Below, piece after piece: positions 21,788-31,600 of a stretch of 64,000 bases of DNA. Numbering within the stretch: the stretch's first letter is position 1; each line of letters opens with the position of its first letter. The stretch covers positions 96,001-160,000 of the forward strand of contig JBBTCT010000015.1 of assembly GCA_038060895.1 (NCBI GenBank), in the 5' to 3' direction. Origin of the DNA: Planctomycetota bacterium. GTDB lineage: Bacteria; Planctomycetota; MHYJ01; WSZJ01. The position numbers and the translations under genes were made by a program. The notes under the pieces were generated by a model. It worked only from the letters and a program-made list of their open reading frames with translations. It was not told the DNA's origin and searched no databases.

Positions 21788-24196
21788 TTACGACTTTGCC
21801 GCCGCCGTTTGCGGGCCGTCCGCCGGGATCAGGACACCCTCTCGCTGCGACTCGAGCAGGAGGTCGTCCAGCGAGCGCTTCACGGCCCCGGATCGCTTGA
21901 GCAACTCGCCCAGGACGTTCGCAAGGAAGCGGACGCCGAGGATGCTGGCGTGCTTCACCATCTCGCGGACCTCGGGAGAGAGGCGGTCGATGCGGGCGGT
22001 GACGAGGGAGTTGAGCGAGCCGGGCAGGCGCGCCGTGTCGGAGCTCTTGAGCTTCATCCGGCGGATGACTCGCGTGTGGGTGGCGCCCGAACTCTTCACA
22101 ATGGTCGCTTCCCGGGCGCCCGCAGGGACGAGTTCGCCGGTGTCGTGGACGTGGAGGAGGAGCTGTTCGGTGTAGAAGGGGTTGCCGCGCGCCTTGGCGG
22201 TGATCATGCGGAGCGCTTCGGCGTCGAGTTCAACTCCCATGCCGAGGAGGGCCCGGGCCATCGCGGCGGTGAATTCTTCGCCGGCGATCGGCTGGAGTTC
22301 GATGTCGACGAGCTTGGCCTCGCGGGCGAGTTTCAGTTCCGGCTTGGTGCCGTCGTCGGCGAAGCGGGACGTGGAGACGATGGCGAGGGGGAGGCCGGCG
22401 ATGTTGCGCGTCATGGCCAGGAGCCACTCTGCCGACGATGCGTCGAGCCAGTGGGAGTCCTCCACCTCGATGACGACGGGCGCGACGGCGGCCAGCGCGC
22501 GGACGAGTTCCTTGACCGCGATGATCCGGTTTTCGTGCCGGAGCTTGGGGTCGTCCAGCTTTTCGAACGGCGACCCTTCCCAGTGGCATTCGACCATGTC
22601 GGCCGCGAAGCTCAGCGTGCGCTTCAGCTCGCCGCGCGTGTACTCGGGAACTTTCGGGTTGTCGGTGTATTCCGCGTAGCGCTTCTCGATCGCCTTCTTC
22701 TTCGGGCCCTGGGGCATCCCGTCGGTGACGGCAAAAAAGTTGCGCAGCCAGGTGCCGACGGAATTCCAGCCGGACTTGTGCACGCCGTCGCAGGGCATGT
22801 GGATCCAGTGGAGGCGCTTGCCGGTTTCCTCGAGCCTGGCGCGGAAGGCGGCGGTCAGGCGTGTCTTGCCGAGGCCGGGCTCGCCCAGCAACCGGACGAC
22901 GCCGACGAACTCCGGCGTCGCCGCGAAAATCGGCGCGGCAAAATCGACGAGTTGGCCCAGTTCCTTGTCGCGCCCCAGCATCGGGTACTTGTAGGTGAAT
23001 CCCAGCGCCGAGCCCCGCTTGCTCCCGGGCTCAAACGCCTCTTCCTTCTTCGCTTTTCCCTTCATCTTGAACTTGCCCTTGGACTTCATTTCCCATCCCG
23101 ACTCCGCCGCCTGCTTGACGCGGCCGCTCGCCAGCGTGGCGCCGGTTCCGGCGCTCGCCATGAGACGCGCGCTCGTGTTCACGGCGTCTCCGAGGCACGA
23201 CCACTCGTTGCGACGCGTGCCGCCCACAGGACCCGTGTAGCACAGCCCGGCGTCGAGCCCGATCCGGGCTTTGACGCCTTTGAGCTTCGGAAGAGACGTC
23301 GCGCGGAAGGCCTGGGCGAAAGCGACCGCGTTGCTCTCCGCGTGTTCCGCCGCTTTCGGGGCGCCAAAGAACGCCAGCGCCGAGAACGCCTTGTCACCGA
23401 ACATGATCCGGTTGAGAACGCCTCCCTGACTTCCAATCCCGGTGACCAGCTCCCGGAAGACTCCCTGGATCTGCTCGTGCGTCTTGACCCCCTCGAACTG
23501 CATGAAGGTGCTGGCCACGTGCCGCAACTCCGCCCGGTCGCCCGCTTCGACAATCTCGGAAGGGAAAAACAGCTCCAGCGCGCTCTTCGTCGGCGCCGGC
23601 AACTTGACGGTGGGCGCGTCCGATGCCACTTTGGACGCTCCCTTCAGGACCTTCGTGACCGCCGGGCCCAAACGGACCTGCCCCTTGCGCGCCCCGTGCT
23701 CCGCCTCCGAGGCGCCGTTGATCGCGTCGCCGCGGAAATACCAGGTCCGCGCCTTGCCGTCGGCCGACTGCGGGATGCCCCACTCGATTTTCCCGCGCTC
23801 AAGCCCGCACTTCACGGCAAACCGGATGTTCTTGCTCCCGAGCTTGGCGGTGCCGCGCTTCTTCACGAATTCCATGATTTCGCCCGCGGCATCGCGCGCG
23901 CGCGCGGCGACGGCTACGCCGTCCTTGCCGCTTTCGGCAAAGACTGCCATGAACGCGTCCCCGGCGAAGGCAGCGATAAACCCGCCTCTCTTGTGGACGG
24001 CGTCCACCATCGGGTCGAAGAGCCGCGTGAGTTCCCGCGAGATGACTTCTGCGCCGGAGTCGCCCAGCTTGAAGGCCCGCTCCGTCAGGGGAGTGAAACC
24101 GCTGATATCGACGAACAACGCCGTTCCCGCCAGCGTTCCGCTCTTCTTCCCGGCCTTGTCCTGCTCCTCTACGAAACCCGGAATGTAGTTCTGCAT
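21788..24196 (-). CDS. Tandem class III adenylate/guanylate cyclase (soluble-AC type) fused to STAND AAA ATPase; lacks the usual C-terminal WHD end and TPR region
   Basis: C1 FVDISGFT and FAGDA; C2 GDK and GDAVNTSAR; Walker A GEPGLGKT; Walker B EVEDSHW; GNPF; ARIDRL; SD GGAGAGG before ATG 24196. Confidence 0.9.
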   Translation of the reverse strand: MQNYIPGFVEEQDKAGKKSGTLAGTALFVDISGFTPLTERAFKLGDSGAEVISRELTRLFDPMVDAVHKRGGFIAAFAGDAFMAVFAESGKDGVAVAARARDAAGEIMEFVKKRGTAKLGSKNIRFAVKCGLERGKIEWGIPQSADGKARTWYFRGDAINGASEAEHGARKGQVRLGPAVTKVLKGASKVASDAPTVKLPAPTKSALELFFPSEIVEAGDRAELRHVASTFMQFEGVKTHEQIQGVFRELVTGIGSQGGVLNRIMFGDKAFSALAFFGAPKAAEHAESNAVAFAQAFRATSLPKLKGVKARIGLDAGLCYTGPVGGTRRNEWSCLGDAVNTSARLMASAGTGATLASGRVKQAAESGWEMKSKGKFKMKGKAKKEEAFEPGSKRGSALGFTYKYPMLGRDKELGQLVDFAAPIFAATPEFVGVVRLLGEPGLGKTRLTAAFRARLEETGKRLHWIHMPCDGVHKSGWNSVGTWLRNFFAVTDGMPQGPKKKAIEKRYAEYTDNPKVPEYTRGELKRTLSFAADMVECHWEGSPFEKLDDPKLRHENRIIAVKELVRALAAVAPVVIEVEDSHWLDASSAEWLLAMTRNIAGLPLAIVSTSRFADDGTKPELKLAREAKLVDIELQPIAGEEFTAAMARALLGMGVELDAEALRMITAKARGNPFYTEQLLLHVHDTGELVPAGAREATIVKSSGATHTRVIRRMKLKSSDTARLPGSLNSLVTARIDRLSPEVREMVKHASILGVRFLANVLGELLKRSGAVKRSLDDLLLESQREGVLIPADGPQTAAAKS

Positions 24197-24363
24197 CGAT
24201 TTTCCTCTCCCTGCTCGCCAAGTCGGCGAGGCGTCCCACATTAGCAAAGTTCCGCCATTGTTCAATTGCGGGAGATACTGTTACTGCCCGCCCCGATCGG
24301 GGGCCGAACCGTTATCATTCGCGAAGTGCCGCGCGCTGGGCGGCGCAGGGGGAACGCGACGGA

Positions 24364-25746
24364 ATGAGCACGCAGGAGCCGAACTCCACGACCCTGGATC
24401 CGCCGTTGTCCCCGGGGCGCTACGTCGTCGTCCGTGAACTGGGTCGCGGCGGCATGGGCGTCGTCTACCAGGCCCGCGATACCCTTCAGGACCGCCACGT
24501 CGCACTCAAGGTGTTCCCCCTGGACCTCGATTCCGGCGGCGGCACCGAACTGTCCGCTTCGTCCGTCCAGCGCCTCATGCGCTTCAGGCGCGAAGCGACA
24601 TTCGCCGGCCTCGTCCATCCGAACATCATCCGGATCTACGATTTCGGGATCTGGAAGCACGACGGAAGGACCTCGTTTGCCATCGTCCAGGAGATGGTGC
24701 AGGGCATTGCGCTCAGCGATGTCCTGCTGGCAGAACGCGCCGCTGCCGGCTCCTTGCGAAGCGCTTCGCGTGCACGGCTGTTGCGGGATTTCATGCGCGC
24801 CTGCGAAGGGATGTCGTACGCCCACGAGGCGGGAGTCGTGCACCGGGACCTGAAGCCTGCAAACATCCTGCTGGTGCCGGATTACACCCGTGCCCGCGTG
24901 CTGGATTTCGGGCTCGCGAAATGGCTGGGGCGCGCCGACCCGGTTCCATCCGGCGTTTCGTCACAGGAGGACCCGTACCTCAGCATGGAAGGCGCGGTGA
25001 TGGGGACGCCGTTGTACATGGCTCCCGAACAGGCGGCGGGAGCGCTCGAGCGCATGGACGTTCGCGCCGACGTCTGGTCCCTGGGCGTCGTTCTCTACGA
25101 GATTCTCACGCACCAGCTCCCGTTTTCAGGTGACTCCACAGCCCAGGTCCTGTCGCGTGTCGTGAGCGAACCGGCGCCGGCGCCGAACGAGGTCCTCGGG
25201 CGGCTTCCCGAAACGAGCAGGTTCGCCGATCCGGTGCCGAAGGCTCTCGAGGAAATCGTCGGCCGGTGCCTGCGCAGCGCCCCCGCGGAACGCTACCCGT
25301 CGGCTCGCGCACTTCTCGAAGACCTCGAGCGCTACCTCGCCAGCCCCCGCGGCGCCCTCGATCTTCTGCCGCCCGCCGGCCGCCGCCGCTTTGCCGCCGG
25401 CGAATGCATCGCCCGCGAAGGCGAGCCCAGCAACACGATGTACGTCCTCGAGCATGGCCGCGGCACCGTCATCATCGAGAAGGCCGGCTGGTCGCAGAAA
25501 TGCACCGAGGGATTTTTCGGGGAAGCGGCGCTTCTCCGCACCGGCCAGCCGCGCACCGCGACGCTCCGCGCGGGTGACCAGGGCTGCGAGCTGATCGAGG
25601 TCGCGGACGAAGCGACCCTGCTCCGGCTTCTGCACGAATCTCCGCTGATCGGCGTCCAGGCGATCCGCGAGCTGCACTCGCGGCGGGTGCTGGCGGAGGA
25701 GTACTACGTCCGCAGGATCGAGGAGCTCGGGCGCGGAAAAGTCTAG
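24364..25746 (+). CDS. Ser/Thr protein kinase with C-terminal cyclic-nucleotide-binding domain
   Basis: GRGGMG, HRDLKPAN, DFGLA, GTPLYMAPEQ; cNMP domain REGEPSNTMYVL...FFGEAALL...PRTAT. Confidence 0.92.
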   Translation: MSTQEPNSTTLDPPLSPGRYVVVRELGRGGMGVVYQARDTLQDRHVALKVFPLDLDSGGGTELSASSVQRLMRFRREATFAGLVHPNIIRIYDFGIWKHDGRTSFAIVQEMVQGIALSDVLLAERAAAGSLRSASRARLLRDFMRACEGMSYAHEAGVVHRDLKPANILLVPDYTRARVLDFGLAKWLGRADPVPSGVSSQEDPYLSMEGAVMGTPLYMAPEQAAGALERMDVRADVWSLGVVLYEILTHQLPFSGDSTAQVLSRVVSEPAPAPNEVLGRLPETSRFADPVPKALEEIVGRCLRSAPAERYPSARALLEDLERYLASPRGALDLLPPAGRRRFAAGECIAREGEPSNTMYVLEHGRGTVIIEKAGWSQKCTEGFFGEAALLRTGQPRTATLRAGDQGCELIEVADEATLLRLLHESPLIGVQAIRELHSRRVLAEEYYVRRIEELGRGKV

Positions 25747-25758
25747 GTCTCTCCCCAT

Positions 25759-27189
25759 TCACTCCGTGGGTTGCGCAACCTCAAAAGGCGGCATGCCGGC
25801 CCGGACGCAGGCTTGCTTCATGTCCGCGAGCTTGATTTCGGCCTGCCGCGAGTCGCCGATCTCGAGAACCATCCGAAAGCCCTGAATCCAGCTTTCCCTC
25901 GCCGCTTCCACCCGGCCGCGGGTGAGCATGAGGAGCGCGTATTGGCACAGATGAAGGGACTCGAAGCGCCTGCTGCGGACTTCGCGATGAAGGGCCAGCG
26001 CGGCCTCGTAGAAACTCTCCGCTTCATCCAGTCTCCCGGTCTCCGCGTAGAGTGAAGCGAGATTTCCCATCACGATGGCCTCGGAGCGCCGGTTGCCGAC
26101 TTCCCGGTGAAGCGCCAGCGCGCGCCCGTACGTGCGCTCGGCGTCGGTCGCCCTGCCCGTCGCCTGGTAGAGGCTGGCCAGGTTTCCATACACGATTCCC
26201 TCGCCGATCATGTTGCCCACCTCGCGCTTGATTGCGATAGCGGCGTCGTAGGCGCGCTCGGCTTCGTCGAACCGCCCCAACTCCTGGTAGAGCCCGGCCA
26301 GGTTGCCCAGCCCGATGCCCTCGGCGCGCCGGTCGTGGAACTCGCGATTCAGCGCCATGGCCTCCTCGTATCCGCGTTCGGCCTGCTCGACGCGCCCGGT
26401 TTCACGGTGCAGTCCCGCCAGGTTTCCGATCTCCAGGCCTTCGGTCCTCCGGTTGCCGCACTGTCGATGAATGGCCAGCGCCTCCTCGTGCGTGCGCTCC
26501 GCCAGCTCGACTCTTCCCGTCTGCCGGTAGATGTTGGCCAGGCTCCCCAGCGTCATGCCCACCGCGCCCAGGTCGCCAAGTTTCCGGTGGATGGCGAGCG
26601 CCTGCTCGTGGAAGCGCTGGGCCTGTTCCACCCTTCCCGTTGCGTTGTTCAGGACTCCCAGGTACCCCAGGGCGGCGGCCTCGCCGCCCGGGCTTCCGGC
26701 CTCGCGGAAGACGTCCACCGCTTGCGCCAATAGCGGCTCTGCTCGGCCCATCCCGCCGGCCCGGAAGGCCGCGTGCCCGGCTCGCCGCAGCGACTCGCCC
26801 TTCTCCACCCCCGCGACAAGTTCTGAATGTTGCTGCCACAGCCGTTCGGAAGACTGATTCTGGAAGTGCCTCGTGGCGTACTCGGCCGCCCTTCCCAGGT
26901 AGTGTTTCCTGGCCTCGAGCATCGCCTTGCCGCGGGCGGCGGCGGCGTGAAGCGCCAGGCCGGCGTGCTCGGCCAATTCCTCCGCGAATGCGTCCACGGG
27001 GTGGGGAGGGACATCCACACTTCGCGAGGATTCCTGCGGAGGGATGTCCGGCCCCGGTCCGCCTGCCAGCTTCTCGATGACCGCAAACGCAATCGCATGC
27101 AGTCTCGCGCGGTCGCCCGGCAGCTGAAGCTGGTAAGCGGCGTCACGCAGCAGTGCGTGGCGGAACAGGTACGCCTTCTCGGCAGTCAC
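25759..27189 (-). CDS. Stand-alone TPR protein with N-terminal YLFRHALLRDAAYQLQLPGDRARLH module (copy A)
   Basis: 40-aa TPR repeats (ALAIHREVGNRRxEG); GTG start 6 nt after GATACT. Confidence 0.88.
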   Translation of the reverse strand: MTAEKAYLFRHALLRDAAYQLQLPGDRARLHAIAFAVIEKLAGGPGPDIPPQESSRSVDVPPHPVDAFAEELAEHAGLALHAAAARGKAMLEARKHYLGRAAEYATRHFQNQSSERLWQQHSELVAGVEKGESLRRAGHAAFRAGGMGRAEPLLAQAVDVFREAGSPGGEAAALGYLGVLNNATGRVEQAQRFHEQALAIHRKLGDLGAVGMTLGSLANIYRQTGRVELAERTHEEALAIHRQCGNRRTEGLEIGNLAGLHRETGRVEQAERGYEEAMALNREFHDRRAEGIGLGNLAGLYQELGRFDEAERAYDAAIAIKREVGNMIGEGIVYGNLASLYQATGRATDAERTYGRALALHREVGNRRSEAIVMGNLASLYAETGRLDEAESFYEAALALHREVRSRRFESLHLCQYALLMLTRGRVEAARESWIQGFRMVLEIGDSRQAEIKLADMKQACVRAGMPPFEVAQPTE

Positions 27190-27199
27190 GCGGGCAGTA

Positions 27200-28483
27200 T
27201 CAGGACGAAAGCAGGCCGGCGGGCTTGAATTCGTGGTTCGGCAGGACGCCGGCGAGCGCCTCGTTTCCCAGGTGTCCCTTCACGACTTCCGCCATGACAT
27301 CGCGGAAATCCGTGGTGTGCATGAGGTCGCGCTTGTCGTGGAGCTGGTCAGGCGCCAGGCCGGGCCAGTTTCCCAGGACGGGCTTGCGTCCCTCGCGCTT
27401 GAGCGACGGCCCCACCGCGAGCAGCACATTGCCCCATCCGTGGTCCGTGCCGCCGGTGCCGTTTTCTTCCGCGGTGCGGCCGAAGTCGGACATGGTGAGC
27501 ACGATGACGTCGTCGGCCTTCTGCCCGAGATCCGTGACGAAGGCCGCGAGCGCTTCCGCCAGTCCCTGCGCGAGATCTCCGTAGGGACCCTGCGCGGCGC
27601 CCTGGAACTGGTGCGTGTCCCATCCGCCGTAATCCACCTCGACGACTTCGAGGCCGACGTCGGCCTTGATCAGGCGCGCGGCCTGCATGAGCTGGCGCGC
27701 GATGTCGGTCTGCGGGTAGGGCATCTTCGGCTCGTATTTCTGCCCGACGATGCCGCGCAGCTTGTCGATTCCTTCGAGCGTCGCCTGGCCGGTGTCCGCG
27801 AGCAGGTCGCGCGCGTCCCCGGTTTTCTTTTTCGCGTCCTTCCGGTACGCGTGCTCGAGCGCCGCGCCGACCGTCGCGCGGTCCGTGCGGCCGTCGGGAA
27901 GACTCAGGTCGTCGATGCCGCGCACTGCGTAGGCGCAGCACTTGCCGTGCATGATGCGGGGAAGCGCTTCGCCGATCGCGACGGCGCGAATGGGGCCGTG
28001 GCCGGTGGAGGTGAGGAGGTGGCGGTTGACCCATCCGTCGGAGTTGATCGTGTTGCCGGTGACGCCGGTTTCCCAGACGTCCTGTTCCTCGAAGTGGCTC
28101 CGGGTGTTGCGGTCGTGGCCGACGGCGTGGATGGCGGCAGCGGTGCCGTCCTTGAAGAAGGGGAGGAGGGAGGCGAGGCGCGGATTCAGTCCGAAGAATC
28201 CGTCGAGATCGATGGCGCGGCCCTCGGCCTTTTCACGGGAGGGGGAGGGGATCTGGATGGACTTGCGCAGCTTCGCGTAGTTCGGGTCCTTCCACGGGAC
28301 GACCAGGTTGAGGCCGTCGACTCCGCCGCGCATGAAGACCAGGACGAGCGTCTTGCCTTTCCTGACGGGCCTTAGCGTGGCCGCGGCGGGTTGATCCTCG
28401 GCGAAGAGGTCAAAGGGAGTGACGCCGAGGTAAGCGCCGATGGCGCCGGAGAGTTTCAGGAAGTAACGGCGGGTTAAGTGCAC
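27200..28483 (-). CDS. DUF1501 domain protein with Tat signal
   Basis: TRRYFLK; FMRGGVDGLN, RSHFEEQD, GGWDTH, SDFGRT, GTDHG; AAGGAG before GTG 28483. Confidence 0.9.
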   Translation of the reverse strand: MHLTRRYFLKLSGAIGAYLGVTPFDLFAEDQPAAATLRPVRKGKTLVLVFMRGGVDGLNLVVPWKDPNYAKLRKSIQIPSPSREKAEGRAIDLDGFFGLNPRLASLLPFFKDGTAAAIHAVGHDRNTRSHFEEQDVWETGVTGNTINSDGWVNRHLLTSTGHGPIRAVAIGEALPRIMHGKCCAYAVRGIDDLSLPDGRTDRATVGAALEHAYRKDAKKKTGDARDLLADTGQATLEGIDKLRGIVGQKYEPKMPYPQTDIARQLMQAARLIKADVGLEVVEVDYGGWDTHQFQGAAQGPYGDLAQGLAEALAAFVTDLGQKADDVIVLTMSDFGRTAEENGTGGTDHGWGNVLLAVGPSLKREGRKPVLGNWPGLAPDQLHDKRDLMHTTDFRDVMAEVVKGHLGNEALAGVLPNHEFKPAGLLSS

Positions 28484-28517
28484 GGTGAGCTCCTTGGGAG
28501 GAGAAAAACGGCCAGGA

Positions 28518-28594
28518 CTAACTCCAAATCCCAACCCCAATACGCTCGATCAGGTGGCCGCTTTTTTGGGGTTGGGGTTGGAGTTGGGATTTAG
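28518..28594. repeat. Hexamer-built inverted repeat (CCCAAC-type / GTTGGG-type arms)
   Basis: Left arm actccaaatcccaaccccaa, right arm ttggggttggggttggagttgggattt; related element at 59968-60076. Confidence 0.7.
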
Positions 28595-28603
28595 CCTTAA
28601 CTT

Positions 28604-31600
28604 CTACTTCAACCCCACTTCAGGCAATTGCCCGACAAAACTCGCCGCTTCTTTCGCAAGCTCGTCGCGGTTTCCCTTGCACGCCTTCATCACGGACATC
28701 GCCGCTTCATTTGATTCTTCGCTGAGCACTTTCCCGGTCAACTTCACGGCCACCACGTCGATCAGCCACTGCTTCTGCTCTTCCGTCGTTTTTGTCTCCG
28801 CGTTCCAACGGAACGGATTCGGCACCGTCGTGGACAGGATCCACTCGTTTTCCCGTGCGAACTTCCAGCGCTGAAGCGTCGCGTTCGTGCTGGTCCACGC
28901 GGTGTCCTCCTCCTGGAACCCGTCCGGCGTCGGGCGGTCGTAGACGCCGGCGCCGCTCCGGGCGCAGAGGTCGATGACCTGCCAGGGGAGGCGGAAGTTG
29001 ACGCACCGCGAGAGGCGCGCGGCGTGGTCGAACGGCGGCGCGATGCGCTCTTTCAGGCCTTCCCTGAAAAAGGCCGGGTGCTTCGCGAGAGCGAGCAGCA
29101 CTTCCTTCATGTCGCCGTCCGTCTCGAGGTAGACCTTCGCAAGATCCGCCGTCACTTCTTCCGGAGGCGGCCAGCAGATGTAATGCGCCACGAGTTTCGA
29201 GCAGACGAACGTCGCCGTCGAAGGATGCCCGGCGAGCAGTTCGACGGCCATGCGTGCGCGGTCGAATCTCTCCGCGGGGCTGGCCTTGGGGAAAACCATC
29301 CCGATGAAGCGCTGGGGGCGCGCGTCGCAGAGCGCGGGATCGAACCGCCACTTCCAGTCGTCGGCGTACCCGGCTTTCTTGCCGTCGCCTTCGTTGGAGT
29401 ACATCCAGCCCGTGAGGATGTTGGCGAGCGCCGTGACGTCCTTCTGTTCGTATCCGCCATGGACGCCGACGGTGTGGAGCTCGCAGATTTCGCGCGCGTA
29501 GTTCTCGTTGAGGTTGCGCGCGAACGAGAACTGCTGGTCGAGGTACTGCATCATGCACGGGCTCGTCGCCGACGCGAACAGCAGGTCGCGGAACGGCGCG
29601 GCCCCGAGGCGCGTGAAGACGCGGCGTTCCTGCCATTCGGCGCGGCCGCCGGTCTTTCGGATCCAGGTTGAGAAGTGGTTGTCGGTCCAGCGGACGAAGC
29701 GGGTGCGGACCGGGTTGGGGGTGGCGACGGCGTGATAGGCGTCGCGCCCCATGACGTCGTACGCATCGTTGCGGCCGTCGAACACGATGCCCGCGGCGGC
29801 CAGGGCGGAAGCGTCGCCCGGGTCGTCGGGTCCGCGAGAAAGTCGATCGGCGAGGTACGCCTCTTCTCCCATCGTGAGGACGGAAGCCAGCTCTTCCGCA
29901 TCCGGGCCCCAGGCGAACCGGTTGAGGAGGTGGACGGCGCGCTCGTAGCGCGTGATCGTTTCCGGCGCCTTTTCAGGCACGACGAACGTGCGTTCCTTCG
30001 ATCTTCCTTCATGGCCCGAAGTGTCGTTCGCGATGACGACCAGCTTGTGTTCGCCGGGGGCAAGGCCGCGCGCGAGCAGCGGCATCGTGACGCGTCCGAA
30101 CTTTCCCAGCATCTCGCCGCGGATCCCGGTCCGCTTGCCGTCGATTTCGGTGTCCACCCACGCGACCCCGAAGTCGTCCACCGGCATGGCGACCACGGCG
30201 TCCTGCATCCAGACTTCCGCGCCCTCGGGCGGCCAGGCGATCTTCACGCGCGGACCGCGCCCGTCGGCCGCGGGCGGCGCGCCCACGAGAATCAAACCCT
30301 GCAGCATGAAGTTGCGGTCGCCCTTCCCCTCGTCGTACTTGTCGTTGATGAAGGAAATCGAGAGCGTCTTCTTTCCGTCGGGAAGCGCCAGGAGGCCGGT
30401 GAGGTGCGGGTTCCACCATCCTCCGACGTCGATGGAGTTGACCTTGATGTCCTTGCCCCCGGCGTGCAGCACGACGTCCACTTTCGGCGCGCCGTCATAG
30501 TGGTCGCCCTTGGCCTCGATCCAGAGGAGGAACGGGCCGCTCATTCGCTCGGGAAGCGTGAGCGTTGCCGTGCCGTTGGAGGCGAAGCGCGCGTTGAGTT
30601 TTTCTGGGCAATCGCCCTCGGTCGTCAGCGCCTTTCGCGTCTCGTTGTCCCATGCGCGGTCCCGGACGGGGAACCGCAGGAAGGCCATCGGCTTCCGCGC
30701 CGCCGCATCCTTCCACGGCGGGCGCCATGTCACGCGCTGGACTGGCGTGCGCACCGTCGTGCCGTCGTCGAGCATCGCCACGATCTGGAGCGTGTTCTCG
30801 CCTTCCTTCAAGTGCGCGGGGTCGAGCCACCACTTCGGCGTCGCAGAATGCTGCGAAGAAACGCCCGCGCCGTTCACCAGCAGCTCCACCTTCGGCCCCG
30901 CCGACTTTTCCATCCGGCGCCACCAAGTCACGCCGTTGATCTCGACCGTGCCGGGGATCTGTTTGCCGTCAATGTTGTCCGCGAACGCGACGCGCAACGA
31001 ACCCCACGCGTCCCGCCCCGGCGCCATCCCCGCCGGCTGCACCATCGGTCCGCCCGGGTCGCTTCCTTCGCCCGCGCCGCCCTTCGGCCGATCGACGCGC
31101 ACGATGTCCAGCCGGTCCAGGAAGAGGTTCCGGTCGGCCGGGACGCCTGCGGCGAAGAAGTCATTGAGGAAATACGGCGTCAGGACGCGCTCGCCTTTGT
31201 CGAGCCGCACCGGCACGCCCATCAGCACGCGATGCCAGTTCTCGTCGATCAGCCGCACGTTGGTCGCGGGCGGATCCTTGCCGTCGATGATCAGCCCGAC
31301 GGTTGGAAACGCGCCACCCGCGAATGACCCCTTCGCCAGCAGGGCGATCTGGTACCAGCCCGCCGATTCCACGGTGACGTGGAAACACGGGACTGGCTCC
31401 GCACCATACAGGTTCACGTACTCCTCACCGCTCGCCGTGGTGTCAGGGGCGATGTACAGCGGGTCCTTGTTGAAGCGGTCCGGGCGCTTCGATTCGCGCT
31501 GGTCTTCCGCTTCCATTTCGATCGCCTCTCCGTCCGGCGGCTTGAGGACGGTGACGACGATGGTCTCGCCCTCGGTTTCGGTCCCGTCGGACTGGTGGAG

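Noticed and set aside
21721-21790. Frameshifted continuation of the cyclase
   Set aside because: Only 67 bp remain before the ECF gene, and no frame encodes the YxFRH motif.
21788-27189. Shufflon/invertase switching that fuses TPR copy A to the cyclase
   Set aside because: No recombinase in the window, no shared DNA site at the cyclase 3' end, and the module varies synonymously. It cannot be fully excluded without reads.
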